NCBI GenBank assembly: GCA_030141605.1
Contig: JAQGDQ010000240.1
Span: 168,863-232,862 of the forward strand
Length of the DNA stretch: 64,000 nt
Reading direction: 5' to 3'
From: Tubiluchus corallicola
Taxonomy: Eukaryota > Animalia > Priapulida
Within the stretch, counting starts at the first letter, position 1. Each line of letters opens with the position of its first letter. Positions 60,159 to 64,000 of this stretch are shown one piece after another. The notes beneath the pieces are model-generated. The model was not told the DNA's origin and made no database searches. It saw only the letters and a list, made by a program, of their open reading frames with translations. The position numbers and the translations under genes are program-made.

Positions 60159-63104
60159 ATGGCAAATCATCTCACTGAGATTCACTTCTGGACCTTAAGT
60201 GAGATGTGCATTCCAGAAGAGGACCTAGGTTGCCATAGTTACCATGACCGAAATGAAAGTAATTCTGTTCCTGCATATGATAAAGCAGTGTATTCAAACT
60301 GGAAGAAGTCATACGTGGAAGGCAAAGATCTAATATGGATTCCTTCTAATAGGAGACCACAGAAACTCAGAACCTCCATCAGAGAACTAGAGGAACTTTT
60401 TGAAACTGCAAAATGTGTCTGTGCAGAATGGCGGAGTAGTTCTTTGTTGCAGTTTATAATGTCCAATGGAGTTCTTATTTCTGTGATATTAAATCCTATT
60501 TCCCAAAACGTGGAAAAAATTCTCATAGATAGGTATCTGGTTGGGAAACTTTGTGCTGACACAATTATTGACGCTGTGATAACTGATGATTACTTTGTTT
60601 TTTCATTTCTGGTGCCAAAGCTCAATTACATATACTTTGACAATGCACCGTATTCTCATAATATGCCTTTGAAGTGGGAAAAACTTTCCAATTGGGAACC
60701 TCGTGTTATAACTGTTGAACTACCTGGTTTGGTGAATGATAGAGTAGAACGAAAGCTGTGTCCACATGCAGAAAAAGATTTAGTAGTTGTTTGGTGGGTT
60801 CAAACAATGGATGAGGCAAAACCTTGGTCACCACCAGCTGCCAGCATTCCTGCTACAACCAATTTTGTTGTCTTACAAATTAGTGACCGGCAATTAAAAA
60901 CAAAGTGCTCTTCAACCACTGAAAATGAAGTCGTGGATGTAACATTCAGTACTATTTTTCCACATCAAATCTTAACGGTAGAAATTGCAAGACGAAATGA
61001 AGGAATTAATAGTTGCGTATATGAAATCTCTCAAAAGAACATGTGGAGAGTTTCATCAGTCACTGTGCCTTTAAAAGACAACACGACGAATTATCCCTAT
61101 AAGTCAATTGTGGCTGTGAAAAGAAGCCCCAGTGAAGACAAATTGGCCATTGCTTGTGAAGACGGCGATATCATTCTTTATGATATGAGCAGAAATGTAA
61201 CTTTATCAGTTAACTCTGTGATAATTTCATCATGCGTAGCTTGGCATCCTTTAGGAATTGTTTTTCTTGTGTTTAGTATAAGAGGTGAACTGGGGTGTTA
61301 TGATATGTCACTTGGATCGGTAGCATTTACTCTCATTAATGATAATGCATTGTCTTGTGCAGTACTGGATTTGAATAAATACTTTAAATTGCCACCAAAA
61401 CTTGCCTCAGTACATTGGTGTAACTGCGAAAGAAGTTCATCTGATGGCGTTATGGTGGATTCATTACTATTTGTTTTTGATAAGGGGCCGGTTGGACTAT
61501 TGCAGTTGCACACAGGGCATATGAAACAAGAAGACATTACAGCTGTAGAATACATTAATAATTACATTAGACATCGTCAGTTAAATGAAGCTGTAAATTT
61601 GCTGCTTGGGATGAACTGGAACACTGAAGGAGAATATTGCTACAGCGGAATGAACAAAATAGTGGAACACTTGTTAAAAATGCCACTTAATGCTCAAAGA
61701 GAAGCATACATTGAAAATGCACTAGGTAGCTTTTATTCTCCAGCTCAACAGCTGACAGATGTAACAGTGTTTAAATACAGGGATCAAGTAGCATGTCTAG
61801 CTAGACGCTTTTTTCACCATTTGCTGCGCTATCAAAGGTTTGAAAAGGCATTTCTGTTGGCAATAGATATCGGAGATAGAGATCTTTTTATGGATATTCA
61901 TTTCTTAGCACAAGACAAGGGTGAGCAAGCTTTAGCTCATGTAGCTCTAGCTAAAGCTTCTGAAATTGACTCTAAATCTAGCTATAGTGAATCTGAAGGA
62001 AGTGAATCTAGTGGTGAACTTATACATAATGAGAGTGTGAACCCATTCTCAGGAAACATCTCTACTCACTTGGCCAAGCAGAAACTACAAACAAACAACC
62101 AACCTATACCTGCCTCTGTAGTGACCTCACATTCTTCCGACATTTGTAACCCTGACATAAGTCAAAAACCAGAACTGCCTGCAAAACTTCGGAAACCTGC
62201 ATTTTCTCTTAAAGCTGGACTGCAAACATTGTCTCTAAAAGAAAATTATGCAGTCAACCAGAAAAAAATTGCACCACCTACGTACAGTGTCAAATCACCT
62301 CCAGCTTATAGTGCTAGTCATAAAGTTGTGGAGCAGGGTATGACCCATTACATACCAACATCATCAAAAACCAGCTTTCAACAAGCAAGTGAAAAAGGTG
62401 CAGCTGCTTTTGCTAAGCCTAGACTTGATGATTGCATTCGTGTTGTGTTTGATGCATACCCTTTACAAAGTAATTTAATCAAGTCAACGGAAATACAGAA
62501 AAGGGAAGGTGTTCGTGCAGATGTGTTTTACGTGGGTATTCCTGAAAGACATTTTTCAGCAATAGAAAGTAGAAGTGGAAATAAGGCAAAACCGTTGTTA
62601 GGCCAAGAAATTAGGCCTGCTGCTACTTTACAGGGAGATCATAACGAACCTCATAAACCAGTTATTATAAAGCAAAATGTGCTAGCATCATTGCCAGATG
62701 GTGGAGCAAGCAAAGAATGGCCATTTTCCAGTTCAAAATCTTCATCATACCTACCATTAAGCCCTGGTCATGGTGGTGAAGCTTCATTGCACCTGCAACA
62801 CGACAAGTCGCCTGGCTCTTATAGAGCCGAAAGTTATGAACAAATGCTTGCTAGTTCACAACATGGTGACAGAGGTAGCTTTTTTTGTGAGGCTGATTTT
62901 ACCAATCAGCCAGATGTTGTGAGACAGGCAGCAAGAAATCAAGTGGATATGATTCGGCAATCTAGAATAGCTGGCATTCAGCGTGTCCCTCCTCACAGCG
63001 TAGAATCTTTAGTGGATTCGTCAGATACCTCAATTCGGAGTGGCCATTCTCAGCTTAATCACTCAAGGAAAACTAGGTTATCAGATAAAGTAACTCTGGT
63101 GTAA
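60159..63104 (+). CDS. WDPCP: WD repeat-containing planar cell polarity effector (Fritz homolog), single coding exon, 981 aa
   Basis: LTEIHFWTL, DLGCHSYHD, WIPSNRRPQKLR..IRELEEL, EKILIDRYLVGKL, WPW-like AKPWSP, AWHPLG, FDKGPVGLL, EAVNLLLGMNWNTEG..CY, E.ALGSFYSP, RRFFHHLLRYQRFEKAFLLAIDIGDRDLFMDIH. Confidence 0.96.
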   Translation: MANHLTEIHFWTLSEMCIPEEDLGCHSYHDRNESNSVPAYDKAVYSNWKKSYVEGKDLIWIPSNRRPQKLRTSIRELEELFETAKCVCAEWRSSSLLQFIMSNGVLISVILNPISQNVEKILIDRYLVGKLCADTIIDAVITDDYFVFSFLVPKLNYIYFDNAPYSHNMPLKWEKLSNWEPRVITVELPGLVNDRVERKLCPHAEKDLVVVWWVQTMDEAKPWSPPAASIPATTNFVVLQISDRQLKTKCSSTTENEVVDVTFSTIFPHQILTVEIARRNEGINSCVYEISQKNMWRVSSVTVPLKDNTTNYPYKSIVAVKRSPSEDKLAIACEDGDIILYDMSRNVTLSVNSVIISSCVAWHPLGIVFLVFSIRGELGCYDMSLGSVAFTLINDNALSCAVLDLNKYFKLPPKLASVHWCNCERSSSDGVMVDSLLFVFDKGPVGLLQLHTGHMKQEDITAVEYINNYIRHRQLNEAVNLLLGMNWNTEGEYCYSGMNKIVEHLLKMPLNAQREAYIENALGSFYSPAQQLTDVTVFKYRDQVACLARRFFHHLLRYQRFEKAFLLAIDIGDRDLFMDIHFLAQDKGEQALAHVALAKASEIDSKSSYSESEGSESSGELIHNESVNPFSGNISTHLAKQKLQTNNQPIPASVVTSHSSDICNPDISQKPELPAKLRKPAFSLKAGLQTLSLKENYAVNQKKIAPPTYSVKSPPAYSASHKVVEQGMTHYIPTSSKTSFQQASEKGAAAFAKPRLDDCIRVVFDAYPLQSNLIKSTEIQKREGVRADVFYVGIPERHFSAIESRSGNKAKPLLGQEIRPAATLQGDHNEPHKPVIIKQNVLASLPDGGASKEWPFSSSKSSSYLPLSPGHGGEASLHLQHDKSPGSYRAESYEQMLASSQHGDRGSFFCEADFTNQPDVVRQAARNQVDMIRQSRIAGIQRVPPHSVESLVDSSDTSIRSGHSQLNHSRKTRLSDKVTLV

Positions 63105-64000
63105 TGCTTTGAAGACCATGCAATTAACTGTGAATAGGTCTTGGCGATATAGGAAATGCAATTTAAATATAAACAAGATACCAGCAGTGTCAGTGATTAG
63201 CATAAAAGTAGTGCTAACAGTGGTAATAGAGAATCTGCATTATTTCACATGTAGTACCAAAAAGTTTCAGTTCATTTCTTCCACATTTAATTTTGTTTGT
63301 CAGAAACCTCTCGTATATCTTTATAGTCAAACCTCTTTTTACCGTCTACTTTGAGACTGCAAAAAAGTTGACGTTAAACGAGTTTGGCATTATTACGGGG
63401 TGCATTAATACATACATGTCTATGCAAATGTTCAGACATTTTGATTTGCCAAAAAATATTGGCGTTACTCGAGGTTGGCAGTATAACGGGGGAGGAGTGC
63501 TTGGCTGTATAAATGACTGCTGTTTTTTTCTTGTTGTCTTTCATTTGGAAAAGAAAACTCTCTGTCAAGTAGGTGTTGTTTCCTTCAAAGCAAAAGGAAA
63601 TAAAGTTCAGTCGGCATGCAACACCAAATACAGTAGACAAAATGATAGATTTGATTACAATGTTATATGAAAAATGGTGAAGATTTTTCCTATTGTTGGA
63701 CCAGTTTGACTGACGATAGCAGCCAAAATGTTTAAGTTGGTTAAGACTGTATGGTGCTTTGGCTTTTGATACAGTTTATAATAATTTATCAGTGTTTTAT
63801 ATCTACTTTTGTCTATATGGTATAAATATATAGTTTGTGTGTACAGTTAATACATATTTAGATTTTTATATTGACCTGTTAACTAATATTTTTGTATGTC
63901 ATTTACATTTATGTGTGAATGTGTTACAACTATGGTTGTAATTTTAAATAAACTTTTAATTTAATTTAATTAATTTGGCATCATTTGCTTTTAGAACTTA

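Noticed and set aside
63975-64000. Possible acceptor (TTTGCTTTTAG at ~63994) for RNF113A exon 3
   Set aside because: Only 6 nt follow within the window; cannot be assessed

Overview
AT-rich animal (invertebrate-like) nuclear DNA with spliceosomal introns. Bases 1-22 kb hold no recognisable protein gene: microsatellites, short diverged local duplications and a decayed LINE sitting in a (GAGT)n tract. The right two-thirds has four genes. (1) RECQL4 helicase on +, 21 hand-mapped coding exons at 24475-45329, with one GC-AG intron and apparently no Sld2-like N-terminus. Its introns carry MITEs, a 5S-rRNA-headed SINE and a young RT-RNaseH non-LTR element flanked by a ~420-bp direct duplication. (2) An 8-exon, 438-aa gene on - (47456-52831) resembling bacterial GlnT/GmaS (gamma-glutamylmethylamide synthetase-type) enzymes rather than animal GSII, a candidate domesticated horizontal transfer. 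(3) The first two exons of RNF113A/Cwc24 (57028-59069, +). (4) An intronless 981-aa WDPCP/Fritz ORF (60159-63104, +) directly after RNF113A exon 2, with tandem splice acceptors giving either a uORF-type or an in-frame fusion transcript. All calls come from manual reading and recalled family motifs; no searches were run.
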